Part shown: positions 19,382-29,161 of the stretch, piece after piece
How the letters are laid out: every line of letters starts with the position of its first letter
How positions within the stretch are numbered: the stretch's first letter is position 1
From: Candidatus Calescibacterium sp.
GTDB lineage: Bacteria > Calescibacteriota > Calescibacteriia > Calescibacteriales > Calescibacteriaceae
Length of the DNA: 64,000 bases
Direction: 5' to 3'
Assembly: GCA_032249135.1 (NCBI GenBank)
Contig: JAVVGL010000007.1
Span: 17,407-81,406 of the forward strand
The notes under the pieces: generated by a model
Databases searched by the model: none
The model's input: only the letters and a program-made list of their open reading frames with translations
Told to the model about the DNA's origin: nothing
Made by a program: the position numbers and the translations under genes

Positions 19382-20815
19382 ATGAAAAAAGAAAGTCTTT
19401 TGGAAATAAAAACCATAGGCGAACTCAAAAAGTCAAAATACAAAGTTCTCTCTGTAAGAGATGAAATAAGAAAAAATCTTTTGGAAAAACTTGCAAGAAA
19501 GGAAAATGTTTTTGAGGGGCTATGGGGGTATGACGAAACTGTAATCCCTCAGCTTATAAATGCCCTTATAGCAGGACACGATATTATCCTTTTAGGTGAA
19601 AGAGGGCAAGGAAAATCTCGTCTTATAAGAATGCTTGTTTCTTTACTTGATGAATATGTTCCTGCAATTGATGGTTGTGAAATTAATGATAATCCTTACT
19701 CACCTATCTGTGCAAGATGTAAAAGGCTTGTTGAGGAAAGAGGGGATAATGTGAAGATAAGATGGGTTCCAAGGGAGGAAAGATTCGGAGAAAAGCTTGC
19801 AACACCAGATACAACTGTTGCTGACCTCATAGGAGACATAGACCCTATAAAAGTTGCCCAAGGGAGACCTTTATCTGACCCTGAAGTTATTCACTTCGGG
19901 ATAATCCCGAGAACAAACAGAGGAATTTTCGCTATAAATGAGCTTCCAGACCTTCCAGAAAGGGTCCAAGTTGCTCTATTTAATGTTATGGAGGAAAGGG
20001 ATATACAAATAAAAGGTTATAAAATAAGGCTACCTCTTGATATACTCGTTGTTGCTACTGCAAACCCAGAAGATTATACTGCTCGCGGTAGAATTGTTAC
20101 TCCACTGAAAGACCGATTCAACTCAATGATAAGAACACATTACCCGCAAAAAAGAGAGATAGAGCTAAAAATAGCAGAACAAGAATCTTATCTGCGGAAA
20201 ACAAAAGATGGAATAAATATAGAAGTTCCCCATTTTATAGGAAGTATTATCTCCGAATTCACTATGCAGGCAAGAAAATCAGAGGATATAAGTCAGCATT
20301 CGGGGGTTTCTGTAAGAATGACTATATCTAATTACGATATCGTGCTTGCAAGCGCATATAAAAGAGCGTATATATTGAAGGAGAAAATTGCTGTCCCAAG
20401 AATGACCGACTTGTTTTACATGATTTACACATCAATAGGTAAAGTTGAGATAGAAGCAATAGCCGAGAGAAATGAAGTAGAAATACTTGAAAGAATTTTT
20501 AAGAAAACTGTCAAAATAGTTTTTGATGAGCACTTCAAGGTTCATGAATTTGAGCCTCTTATATTGCTTTTCAGGGAAGATTTCAAATTTGAAACATCTG
20601 ATATGAAACCCTCTTCTGAGTATGTTATGGTTTTTGAAAAAGTTCCAAGTCTTTTCAAACTTGCTGAGAGACTCGGCAGAAGAACTGAGGCAGAATTTTT
20701 AGCTTCTTATCTTGAATTCTTCCTTGAAGGACTCTATGTATATAACAGACTTACAAGAGAAGTTATATCCGGAAGGTATTATTATAGCTCAAACCCTTAT
20801 GTTAGGTCCATTTGA
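19382..20815 (+). CDS. AAA+ ATPase, Mg-chelatase ChlI-like (partner of the VWA protein)
   Basis: Walker A GERGQGKS, GIFAINELPDL, ATANPEDYT.RG.I.TPLKDRF. Confidence 0.85.
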   Translation: MKKESLLEIKTIGELKKSKYKVLSVRDEIRKNLLEKLARKENVFEGLWGYDETVIPQLINALIAGHDIILLGERGQGKSRLIRMLVSLLDEYVPAIDGCEINDNPYSPICARCKRLVEERGDNVKIRWVPREERFGEKLATPDTTVADLIGDIDPIKVAQGRPLSDPEVIHFGIIPRTNRGIFAINELPDLPERVQVALFNVMEERDIQIKGYKIRLPLDILVVATANPEDYTARGRIVTPLKDRFNSMIRTHYPQKREIELKIAEQESYLRKTKDGINIEVPHFIGSIISEFTMQARKSEDISQHSGVSVRMTISNYDIVLASAYKRAYILKEKIAVPRMTDLFYMIYTSIGKVEIEAIAERNEVEILERIFKKTVKIVFDEHFKVHEFEPLILLFREDFKFETSDMKPSSEYVMVFEKVPSLFKLAERLGRRTEAEFLASYLEFFLEGLYVYNRLTREVISGRYYYSSNPYVRSI

Positions 20816-20900
20816 TTTTTGGTCCTGTTTTTATTTCATTTAATTGATTTTTTACCTGTTTATATTGTTTTTCCATCAATAAAACACTAAAATTTTTTAT

Positions 20901-22649
20901 ATGAGAGTTTTATACAAAAAATGGCAAGAGGAAAGTTTCGTAGATTCTCTTGAATTTAGTGATGAGATGTCAAGATTTCTTGATAAGCTCTTTTCTTACT
21001 CAAATCCTGCTTCCCAGATGGAGAATATGTTAAAATATGGATTCACCTTTGGAAATCAACCAGTTATGGGTATAAATGACCTTCTGCGTCAGATAAGAAA
21101 GAAAAAACTTGAAGAGATGAGAAAAAATATCTCGGAAACATATCAGAGAGAAATTTCAAAGGTTGATCAAGCGAGAGAAGAAGAACTTCAGGAAGTAAAT
21201 AAAAAAATTCCGGAAAGGATTTCAAATATAGAAAAAGAGATTTATAGTATGGAATCAGAAAGTCAAAATAATGAAGTAGAAAGTCAAGGTGATGAAGGAA
21301 TAAAATGGCAAAATCAAGCTCAAATGCAAAATCTCAAAGATCTGATAGATCAGCTTTCCCGAGACCTTGCAGAGAGAAATGAGATGTTATCTCAAAAACC
21401 AAAATCTTTCAAGCAGGGAGTGGAGCAATTACAAAATTATGATGAGAAAAAAGGGTTCATCTCGGAAAAAGCAAAAGAAATTTTTCAGGAACTTCTTAAA
21501 AACTTCAACGATATACAGCGTCTGGGAGAATTTCTGAAAAAACATCTTTATGGATTCAAAGAGGGCGAGCCTCTGACTTTACCGGAAGCTATGGAAGTTG
21601 TAGATAGATTTGAAAAACTTGAGCAACTTGAAGAGATGCTGAAACAGGGAGAGATTCAAAATATTCCGCAAGATTTAGCTCGGGAGGTTTTAGATAAAGA
21701 AGAATTCAGAAGCCTTAATACTATTCGTAAGATTGTTGAAGTTCTTAAAGAATCTGGTTTCTTTGTAATGAAAGGAAATACTCTCATTCTCACACCAAAA
21801 GGGGTCAGGAAAATAGGAGATAAAGTGATAAAAGATATATTTGTAAATGTCAAGAGTAGATTATTTGGAATGCATTCAACACAAAGGGGAGGAAATTATG
21901 AAATAGACTATGAGGAAAGGAAAAAGTGGGAATTCGGAGATAACATAAACATAGATATATTTTCTTCTCTCAAAAACGCTATAATTGAGGGGAGATTTGA
22001 TAAAAGTGGAAAAATATATTTGGAACCAGATGATTTTGAAGTTTATAGAACCAGACATTTTTCAAGGGTAAGTTCTGCTCTGCTAATTGATACTTCTTGG
22101 TCTATGTCTTGGGGAGGAAAATTTGAGTGTGCAAAAAAAGTTGCAATCGCTCTTCATTCTCTTATCTCGTCTTACTTCCCATCAGATAAACTTTATATAA
22201 TAGGATTTTTTACCGTTGCGGTTGAAATAAAACCTCATGAATTACCATCCATTGAACTTAATATGAACGATCCTTTTACTAATATGCAAGATGCAATAAG
22301 GCTTTCAAGGAAATTGCTAAGAAGAAGTCCGGCAGAAGAAAAACAAATAATAATGATTACTGATGGACAACCAACAGCGTATTGTGTTGGAAGTAGGGTT
22401 TTCGTTGAGTGGCCAGTTATGGGTTGCTCTCCAAATGCAATGAGGGAAACAATAAAAGAAGTAGAAGAAGCTACAAAAGAGAATATAAGAATAAATATCT
22501 TCATGATAGAAGACAATCCACAAGTCCAGAAATTTGTTGAAGAAGTCGTAAGGATAAATAAGGGAAGAGCTTTCTTTACAACTCCCGAAAATCTTGGAAA
22601 ATATGTTCTTTTAGATTTCGTTTCAAGAAGAAGAAAACTTATAAGATAA
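20901..22649 (+). CDS. VWA-domain protein
   Basis: MIDAS DxSxS (IDTSWSM), TNMQDA and ITDGQPT in the C-terminal domain, with a coiled-coil N-terminus. Confidence 0.85.
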   Translation: MRVLYKKWQEESFVDSLEFSDEMSRFLDKLFSYSNPASQMENMLKYGFTFGNQPVMGINDLLRQIRKKKLEEMRKNISETYQREISKVDQAREEELQEVNKKIPERISNIEKEIYSMESESQNNEVESQGDEGIKWQNQAQMQNLKDLIDQLSRDLAERNEMLSQKPKSFKQGVEQLQNYDEKKGFISEKAKEIFQELLKNFNDIQRLGEFLKKHLYGFKEGEPLTLPEAMEVVDRFEKLEQLEEMLKQGEIQNIPQDLAREVLDKEEFRSLNTIRKIVEVLKESGFFVMKGNTLILTPKGVRKIGDKVIKDIFVNVKSRLFGMHSTQRGGNYEIDYEERKKWEFGDNINIDIFSSLKNAIIEGRFDKSGKIYLEPDDFEVYRTRHFSRVSSALLIDTSWSMSWGGKFECAKKVAIALHSLISSYFPSDKLYIIGFFTVAVEIKPHELPSIELNMNDPFTNMQDAIRLSRKLLRRSPAEEKQIIMITDGQPTAYCVGSRVFVEWPVMGCSPNAMRETIKEVEEATKENIRINIFMIEDNPQVQKFVEEVVRINKGRAFFTTPENLGKYVLLDFVSRRRKLIR

Positions 22650-22804
22650 AATAATAATAACGATAATTGTCAAGAGATAAAAACAATGCAAAAGAATTTT
22701 TCATCTTCAAATAACTATAATGTAAAGTAAGAGAATATAATAAGAGCGTGAAAGAAATTAGGAAAGAAGCAAACCAAATATGAAAAATTTAAATTAGTCT
22801 AAAA

Positions 22805-24187
22805 ATGAGGGTAGGAAAGGAAGATTTACCCGTAATATTTTCAATAGTACTAGCCGGCATAGTTTCAATTTTAGATTTAGCAAACACCTACAAAATTTCA
22901 GCAATTATTTTAGTTTTACTTCTCGGCTGGTTCGGGAGAAAAAAGATTAAGGAAAATGAAATGAAAAAAATAAGAGATATTGTGCAGGAGTTAAAAGAAA
23001 CTCCCGGATTTGTAGATGTGAAAAAACTAAAAGAAAAAGTTCCGCTGGAAATTTTGCCAATTGTAGATGTCCTATCTGCATTGGTTCAGAAGGTTCAGGA
23101 ATACGAGTTAGAAAAGTTAGAGCTTGAAAATATGCTCAAATATGCAAATCCCGATGAATTTCTGAAATTAAAAGAGAAATTGAAAGAAGCGGAGGAGAAA
23201 ATAGAGAAGATGCGACAGAAGGTTGGATATCTTGAGCTGATTTATGATGTTATGTCAAAAATAGATTCTTCGTTGGATATGGATGAACTTTTAAACTCGT
23301 TAGCGAAAATGCTCGGCGGAAAACTAAAAGTAGAAAAATTCGCAATTTTAATAATGGATGAAAATAAGGGAGAACTTGTAGTTAGAGCTACATATGGGTT
23401 ACCAAGCAGTATAAAAGGGCTCACATTCGCACCAACAGAGGGCGTAACTGGACTTGCTTTCTCAACAGGAGAAAAAATATATATACCAGATACAAGAAGA
23501 GATAGAAGATACCTTCATTGGAAAGGTGAGTATCTTGAAGAAGGCTCATTTTTATCTATTCCACTGAAATTCGGGAATGAAATTTTAGGGGTTTTGAACC
23601 TCAACAAATCACAAGTAGCAGGTTTCAGCGATGACGAGATAGAGCTTATGGAAAAAATATCATCTCAGATAGCTATGGCTATTAAGAACTCAAAGCTGAT
23701 AAATCAGATAAGATGGATATATTCCAGAGATGTGCTAACGGGACTTTTTAACAGAAATGCGATGATGGACAAAGTTGAGAACGCTATATCAAAGTCTGAA
23801 AATTTTTCATTTATACTTTTGGATATAGATGATTTCAGAAACATAAATTTAGAATACGGCTATAACTTCGGTGATAGGGTTTTAGTTGAAATATCAAAGA
23901 TACTCCTAAGAGAATTTAGAAAAATAGATGTGATTTCAAGGTTTGGAGGAGATGAATTTGCAATAATGATTCTGGGAGCTACGAAGGATCAAGCTTTAAA
24001 AGAAATCCAAAGAGTAATGAATTTGATGGAATACGATGGATTTGATGATGCAAAGATAAAAATCTCCTTCTCCGCTGGTATCTCAGAATTTCCACAAGAA
24101 TGCAGAACATCAAAAGAAGTATTTGAGCTTGCAGATATGAGATTACTTTTGGCAAAGAAAAACGGTAAGGGTCAAATAGTAATATGA
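22805..24187 (+). CDS. Membrane-anchored GAF-GGDEF diguanylate cyclase
   Basis: Two N-terminal TMs, coiled coil, GAF domain (SFLSIPL..EILGVLNL), D.LTGLFNR, RxxD I-site (RKID) and RFGGDEF. Confidence 0.9.
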   Translation: MRVGKEDLPVIFSIVLAGIVSILDLANTYKISAIILVLLLGWFGRKKIKENEMKKIRDIVQELKETPGFVDVKKLKEKVPLEILPIVDVLSALVQKVQEYELEKLELENMLKYANPDEFLKLKEKLKEAEEKIEKMRQKVGYLELIYDVMSKIDSSLDMDELLNSLAKMLGGKLKVEKFAILIMDENKGELVVRATYGLPSSIKGLTFAPTEGVTGLAFSTGEKIYIPDTRRDRRYLHWKGEYLEEGSFLSIPLKFGNEILGVLNLNKSQVAGFSDDEIELMEKISSQIAMAIKNSKLINQIRWIYSRDVLTGLFNRNAMMDKVENAISKSENFSFILLDIDDFRNINLEYGYNFGDRVLVEISKILLREFRKIDVISRFGGDEFAIMILGATKDQALKEIQRVMNLMEYDGFDDAKIKISFSAGISEFPQECRTSKEVFELADMRLLLAKKNGKGQIVI

Positions 24188-24252
24188 GAAATAAAGAGAG
24201 AAAAAACAAAAGAGAAAAACAAAAATTATAAAGGAAAGAAAAAATCGTAAAT

Positions 24253-24879
24253 ATGAGCGAAGAGAAAAAAAGGGTGGAACTTGTAGTAATCTCTGGACCA
24301 TCGGGAGCTGGAAAGACAACAATAATCAAAAAGCTTTTTGAAGATGAAAGTCTCAAAGATAAATTAATGTTTTCTGTTTCCCATACAACAAGGAAAAAAA
24401 GAGAAGGAGAAGTTGAAGGTCAAGATTACTTTTTCGTATCAGAGGAGGAGTTTATGAGAATGGTGGAAAAAGGCGAGTTTATTGAATGGGCAAAAGTTCA
24501 TGGGAACCTATACGGAACTTCCTATGAAAATATCAAATTAGCTCAAAAATCAGGGAAGCTTCTCATTCTTGACATAGATGTTCAAGGAGCTGAAAAGATA
24601 AGAGAAAAAATGGGAGATTCTGCAATTTTCATTTTTATAAAGCCACCGAACTTAGACGAACTCAAAAAACGACTTGAATCAAGAGGTGACACAAAAGATA
24701 TAGAAACGAGAATAAATAACGCAAAAAAAGAACTTGAATATGAAAAAAAATTTGATTACTCTATCATAAACGAAAATTTAGAAAAATCAGTTTTACAACT
24801 CAAAGAAATAATAAAAAAGATATTAAGTGATGAACAATCTCAAAATCAGAAGAAAAATAGAGAAAATTTTCCAAGATGA
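24253..24879 (+). CDS. gmk: Guanylate kinase
   Basis: ISGPSGAGKTT, SVSHTTRKKREGEVEGQDYFF, HGNLYGT, LDIDVQGA. Confidence 0.97.
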   Translation: MSEEKKRVELVVISGPSGAGKTTIIKKLFEDESLKDKLMFSVSHTTRKKREGEVEGQDYFFVSEEEFMRMVEKGEFIEWAKVHGNLYGTSYENIKLAQKSGKLLILDIDVQGAEKIREKMGDSAIFIFIKPPNLDELKKRLESRGDTKDIETRINNAKKELEYEKKFDYSIINENLEKSVLQLKEIIKKILSDEQSQNQKKNRENFPR

Positions 24880-25975
24880 AGACGGCGGAAAAAAACTAAT
24901 AAAACTTACCTGTGAGCTTATAAAAATAAAGAGTGTCTCCGGAGAGGAACAAAAAATAGGTTTGTTCATAGAAAAATATCTCATAAATCTCGGATTCAAA
25001 ACAAAAAGACAATATATACAAGAGAGCAAAAAAGGGGGAAATAGCAATAAAAGATTCAACATATTAGCGGGTGATGGAGAAATTATGTTCTCAACACATA
25101 TTGACACTGTTCCGGATATTGGTATGGAAAAAGCTTTTTCTCCAAAGTTAGTAGGAGATAAAATATTTGGTAGAGGAAGTGCTGACACAAAGGGAGCAAT
25201 AGCAAGCTTACTTTTAGCTTTATATCTTTTCAAAAAACTCTCCAAAAAATTACCAAAAGTTTCCTTGTGTTTTACGGTAGATGAAGAGGAGTGGTCGTCT
25301 TTGGGATCAAAGAAAATATCAAAATCTATAAATTCAACGCAGGCTATTGTTATTGAACCAACTTCACTTGAAATTTGTACAAAGCAAGAAGGTTCTTTTG
25401 AATTTGAAATTTTAGTTCAAACAGAATCAGCTCATGGCTCGGTATTTGAACTTTATGAGAATCCATCAAAAATACTATTTGAAATTATCCAAAAAATTGA
25501 GAACAAGCTAAACAAAAAAGTAAGCATTTTAGAAATATGCGGAGGATGGAGATACTATGCTGTTCCAAAAAACTCAAAGGCTCTGCTTGAAGTGAAAATA
25601 AAAGAAGGAGAAAAGCTCAAAGAAATAGAAAAAAATATAAAAGCGATAGTAGAAGAAGTAAAAAAGCTAAAAGAAAAATCAAAAACAAAAATTCAATTTA
25701 AAGTTTTAGACTCGGAAGATTTCATAGAATTCAAAAAGGGGAATCTTTCGGAAAAAATAAAGGAGTGTATGGAGGAAATAGGAATTCAGCCAAAGTTTTC
25801 AGTTATGCCGTCATGGACCGATGCAGCGGAGTTCCACAAAAAAAATATTGAATGCGTAGTTTTTGGTCCGGGAGACATTCAAATTTGTCATACAGAAAAA
25901 GAACATATCAGAATATCAGAGCTTGAAAAATTCACAAAGATACTCCTTGCATTTTTTCTAAAATACACTTTTTAG
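24827..25975 (+). CDS. M20 family metallopeptidase/deacylase (ArgE/DapE-like)
   Basis: HIDTVP, GRGSADTKG, DEE, IEPT and H.EKE metal-binding motifs. Overlaps the gmk 3' end by about 50 bp. Confidence 0.85.
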   Translation: MMNNLKIRRKIEKIFQDEDGGKKLIKLTCELIKIKSVSGEEQKIGLFIEKYLINLGFKTKRQYIQESKKGGNSNKRFNILAGDGEIMFSTHIDTVPDIGMEKAFSPKLVGDKIFGRGSADTKGAIASLLLALYLFKKLSKKLPKVSLCFTVDEEEWSSLGSKKISKSINSTQAIVIEPTSLEICTKQEGSFEFEILVQTESAHGSVFELYENPSKILFEIIQKIENKLNKKVSILEICGGWRYYAVPKNSKALLEVKIKEGEKLKEIEKNIKAIVEEVKKLKEKSKTKIQFKVLDSEDFIEFKKGNLSEKIKECMEEIGIQPKFSVMPSWTDAAEFHKKNIECVVFGPGDIQICHTEKEHIRISELEKFTKILLAFFLKYTF

Positions 25976-26004
25976 ATTCAGAAAATTTGGAAGAAAATTT
26001 GGAT

Positions 26005-27510
26005 CTAAAAGTTAGGTTCAAGAGTAAGGTCTGCTATAAGAATTGTTGAAAGATATTTTCCTTCGTTCTCCCCTCCTTGATAAAGCGTTTTTTGAAGCTC
26101 ACGAGATTTGTTCTGTTGTTCTTCCGGTGTAAGAGAAGATAGATCAAAGCTCCACGGACCAAGCAGTATGAAACCTCCATCTTCAAACATAATTTTTCCT
26201 TCAAATGTCAGGTCTTGAAGTTTTGGGAGTCCAATATAATTTATATCTCTTTTTGCTCTTTTATCTCTCCCAGTTATCGCAGTCTGTCCATCAAAGGATA
26301 CCTCAAATAAATTTCCTGTCATCATGGGATTGACATTATATTTTATACTTTTTGAATTTATGGCGATTTCTTGGAAATTACATTTTACACCTCCCGTTTT
26401 CAAAAATAGAGCTTCATCTGGATTTGGACATCCTATATATTTTTTGGTCTGAATTGATCCCATAGTTGAGCCAAGCCATTCAAGAGGTTGCCAATAACCT
26501 AATCCCCCATCGGTAGCCCATGCACCAGAATTAGCATCAGGTTGCAATAGGACATCACATCCCTTTGAATCAAGTTCTTGAATATAACGAGGAACGAACG
26601 CGTCAAGACTTATAGCAACGCAAATATCTACCTCTGTTCCCGGAATTCTGAATACCGAAAGTTCTTCGTATGTTCCAGATGAAAATTGAAGTTCTATTTT
26701 TTCGGTTGGCACAAGATTTACTTTTCTTGTATAGTGTTTTATTTCTCCTTGTGGAGAGAAAACAAAGCAAGTATTCCAGACATCTGATGTTGTTGCAACA
26801 TAAAAATATGATTTATCTTTTACTACTTCATCTACAAAAGCAGAAATTGGGAATCCATCCTTTGAATTCTCTTGAACTTTTTCCAAATAAGGGTATGGAG
26901 AGTTTTGGCAAGATACCACCCAAACTCCGTAATCTTTTGCTATTTTTGAGAATGTATCAAAGAAAACTCGCCACAAAGTATCGGTTGCTGAAAGAAATAA
27001 TTGACGAGCTAAAAAAGTAGAGATTTCTGGGAATTTGCTAACATAATAAGATGCGGCATTTTGAAACTCTGATGACAAAAATATAGCAGCCTGAGTTGAA
27101 TTCAGAGCATTTTCTCTTGCATTTTTTCCTCTTTTACCAAAGAAAAGAAGAGGGAGCCCGGCATGTTCTTCAAAAACAAAAACATTTTCATATTTTTTTG
27201 ATATATACGGTTTTGCAAGTTCAGCAAATTTCGCATAAGATTGAAAATATGATTCTTCTGTTTCAACATCTTTTAGGGTAAATTTGTGTCCGAAGGCAAA
27301 GAATCTTACTGTTTTTTGTGGATTTAAATTTTCCTCAAAGCTTCTCATTATAACATATTTGTCACCACTTTCAAAGGTTCCTTCTACCTTTGTAGTACCT
27401 TCTCCCTTAATACTTTCTTCCTTTTTGCAGTAATCCAAAATAAACATAAAAGAAAATGACAGAACAGAAACCAAAAATCTCCACAAAACAGAAAAATCTC
27501 TCATTTTCAT
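26005..27510 (-). CDS. Exported (possibly lipo-) protein of the nitrilase/carbon-nitrogen hydrolase superfamily
   Basis: Signal with a possible lipobox (LDY-C). FVFEEH (Glu), YTRKVNL (Lys) and VAISLDAF at the ICYD position. Confidence 0.7.
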   Translation of the reverse strand: MKMRDFSVLWRFLVSVLSFSFMFILDYCKKEESIKGEGTTKVEGTFESGDKYVIMRSFEENLNPQKTVRFFAFGHKFTLKDVETEESYFQSYAKFAELAKPYISKKYENVFVFEEHAGLPLLFFGKRGKNARENALNSTQAAIFLSSEFQNAASYYVSKFPEISTFLARQLFLSATDTLWRVFFDTFSKIAKDYGVWVVSCQNSPYPYLEKVQENSKDGFPISAFVDEVVKDKSYFYVATTSDVWNTCFVFSPQGEIKHYTRKVNLVPTEKIELQFSSGTYEELSVFRIPGTEVDICVAISLDAFVPRYIQELDSKGCDVLLQPDANSGAWATDGGLGYWQPLEWLGSTMGSIQTKKYIGCPNPDEALFLKTGGVKCNFQEIAINSKSIKYNVNPMMTGNLFEVSFDGQTAITGRDKRAKRDINYIGLPKLQDLTFEGKIMFEDGGFILLGPWSFDLSSLTPEEQQNKSRELQKTLYQGGENEGKYLSTILIADLTLEPNF

Positions 27511-27575
27511 AAGAAAAGGGTTAAGGATTTTGAATTTGAGGAATTCATAATTAAGAATTTTTATTTATATATTTG

Positions 27576-27584
27576 TGTTATACT
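27576..27584 (+). promoter_or_regulatory. Extended -10 promoter (TGnTATACT) for the tRNA-Arg-rtcB transcript
   Basis: TG-T-TATACT about 26 nt upstream of the tRNA 5' end. Confidence 0.5.
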
Positions 27585-27610
27585 TATTTTTTCTTTGCTC
27601 TTCGCAATAA

Positions 27611-27686
27611 GCCCCCGTAGCTCAATAGGAAGAGCAGGGGACTTCTAATCCCCAGGTTGCGGGTTCGAGTCCCGCCGGGGGTACCA
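27611..27686 (+). tRNA. tRNA-Arg (TCT), CCA encoded
   Basis: GCCCCCG/CGGGGGT-A-CCA acceptor, D arm with A20, GGGGA-CTTCTAA-TCCCC anticodon arm, GCGGG-TTCGAGT-CCCGC T arm. Confidence 0.97.
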
Positions 27687-27692
27687 TCTAAA

Positions 27693-29129
27693 ATGAACCT
27701 CAAAAAAGTAAGTGAAGTAAAATACATAATAGAAAAAGAAGGAAAGATGAGAACAGATGCTGTGGTGTTCGCAAATGAGAATATACTTCCAAAAATAGTA
27801 GAAGATAAATCTTTGGAGCAACTCAAAAATGTTGCTTCTTTGCCTGGAATCTTAGGAAACGCAATAGGTATGCCAGATATACATTGGGGCTACGGAATGC
27901 CAGTCGGAGGAGTTGCTGCATTTGATGCAGAAGACGGAATAATTGGTCCCGGAATGATTGGCTTTGATATAAACTGCGGTGTAAGACTCCACACTCTCCA
28001 ACTTGAAATAAAAGATATAAAAGACAAGATAGAGAAAATTGTAGATTCTTTGTTTGAAATGATACCGGCAGGAGTGGGATTATCGGGGCATGTTGAGCTT
28101 GGTAAAAAAGAGATGAAAAGAGTTTGCGAAGAAGGTGTCAAATTCGTAATTGAAAATTTAGGATATGGATCACCAGATGAATTAGAAAACATAGAATCGT
28201 ATGGCTGCATCCCGGGAGCAGACTTTTCATGCGTGTCGGAAAAAGCGTATGAAAGGGGAAGAGATCAACTTGGGACCGTTGGTTCCGGAAACCACTTTGT
28301 TGAACTCGGATATGTTGAAAAAATTTTCAGAAAAGATATAGCTGAAAAGTGGGGAATTCACGAGGGGCAAGTCACTTTGCTTGTGCATTCTGGATCACGG
28401 GGGTTTGGTCATCAGATATGTGAAGATTACCTGAAAGTTGCTTTGAGGTGGTGTGAAAAAAATAAAGCTCCCTTGCCAGACAGACAACTTGCTTACATAG
28501 GAATAAACTCTCCCGAAGCAAAAAACTATATAGGAGCGATGAATTCAGCAATAAATTATGCTTTCTCAAACAGGCTTATAATCTCCCACTATGCGAAAAA
28601 AGCAATAGCAAAAGCTCTGGGGACAACGGAACAAAGTCTTGGGATGAAACTGCTTTATGATGTTGCACACAATACGGCAAAATTTGAAATACACAAAATA
28701 AACGGCAAAGAAAGAAAAGTCATAGTTCACAGAAAGGGGGCTACACGAGCATTTCCAAAAGGTCATCCGGAGCTTCCCGGAAAGCACAGAGAAATTGGAC
28801 AACCGGTAATAATCCCGGGTGATATGGGAAGATATTCATATTTGCTTGTTGGGAACGAAAAATCTATGGAAGAAAGTTTTGGTTCAACATGTCATGGTTC
28901 GGGTAGAATGATGTCAAGAAAACAAGCAATAAAGACAGCCAGAGGCAGAGATATAAGGAAAGAACTTTTAGAAAAAGGAATAGTTGTAAAGGCAAGAGAA
29001 GTAGAATTATTAGCAGAGGAGATGTCAGAAGCTTACAAAGATGTATCAGATGTGGTAGAAGTCTGCGAAAAAGCAGGGCTTTCATTGATAGTTGCAAAAC
29101 TCAGACCAGTAGGAGTTATAAAGGGATGA
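27693..29129 (+). CDS. rtcB: RNA-splicing/repair ligase RtcB (long, archaeal/Thermus-like type)
   Basis: MPDIHWGYG, GFDINCGVR, QLGTVGSGNHF, HSGSRG, YDVAHN, HRKGATRA, STCHGSGR, AYKDV. ATG 27693 is used because the longer ORF start lies inside the tRNA. Confidence 0.97.
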   Translation: MNLKKVSEVKYIIEKEGKMRTDAVVFANENILPKIVEDKSLEQLKNVASLPGILGNAIGMPDIHWGYGMPVGGVAAFDAEDGIIGPGMIGFDINCGVRLHTLQLEIKDIKDKIEKIVDSLFEMIPAGVGLSGHVELGKKEMKRVCEEGVKFVIENLGYGSPDELENIESYGCIPGADFSCVSEKAYERGRDQLGTVGSGNHFVELGYVEKIFRKDIAEKWGIHEGQVTLLVHSGSRGFGHQICEDYLKVALRWCEKNKAPLPDRQLAYIGINSPEAKNYIGAMNSAINYAFSNRLIISHYAKKAIAKALGTTEQSLGMKLLYDVAHNTAKFEIHKINGKERKVIVHRKGATRAFPKGHPELPGKHREIGQPVIIPGDMGRYSYLLVGNEKSMEESFGSTCHGSGRMMSRKQAIKTARGRDIRKELLEKGIVVKAREVELLAEEMSEAYKDVSDVVEVCEKAGLSLIVAKLRPVGVIKG

Positions 29130-29161
29130 ATTTATTTTTTCTTGCTCTTTCTTTTCTTATT

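Noticed and set aside
7261-27686. Genomic island or prophage integrated at a tRNA
   Set aside because: No integrase, no duplicated tRNA 3' end and no phage genes. The flanking genes are housekeeping.
27657-27692. N-terminal extension of RtcB given in the ORF track (MRVRVPPGVPSK)
   Set aside because: It is a translation of the tRNA T arm and acceptor stem. RtcB-like sequence begins at ATG 27693.
27693-29129. Intein in RtcB, or a Y-RNA/Rsr module
   Set aside because: GFDINCGVR is uninterrupted and the length is normal. The upstream RNA is a canonical tRNA, and no rsr, rtcA or rtcR gene is adjacent.
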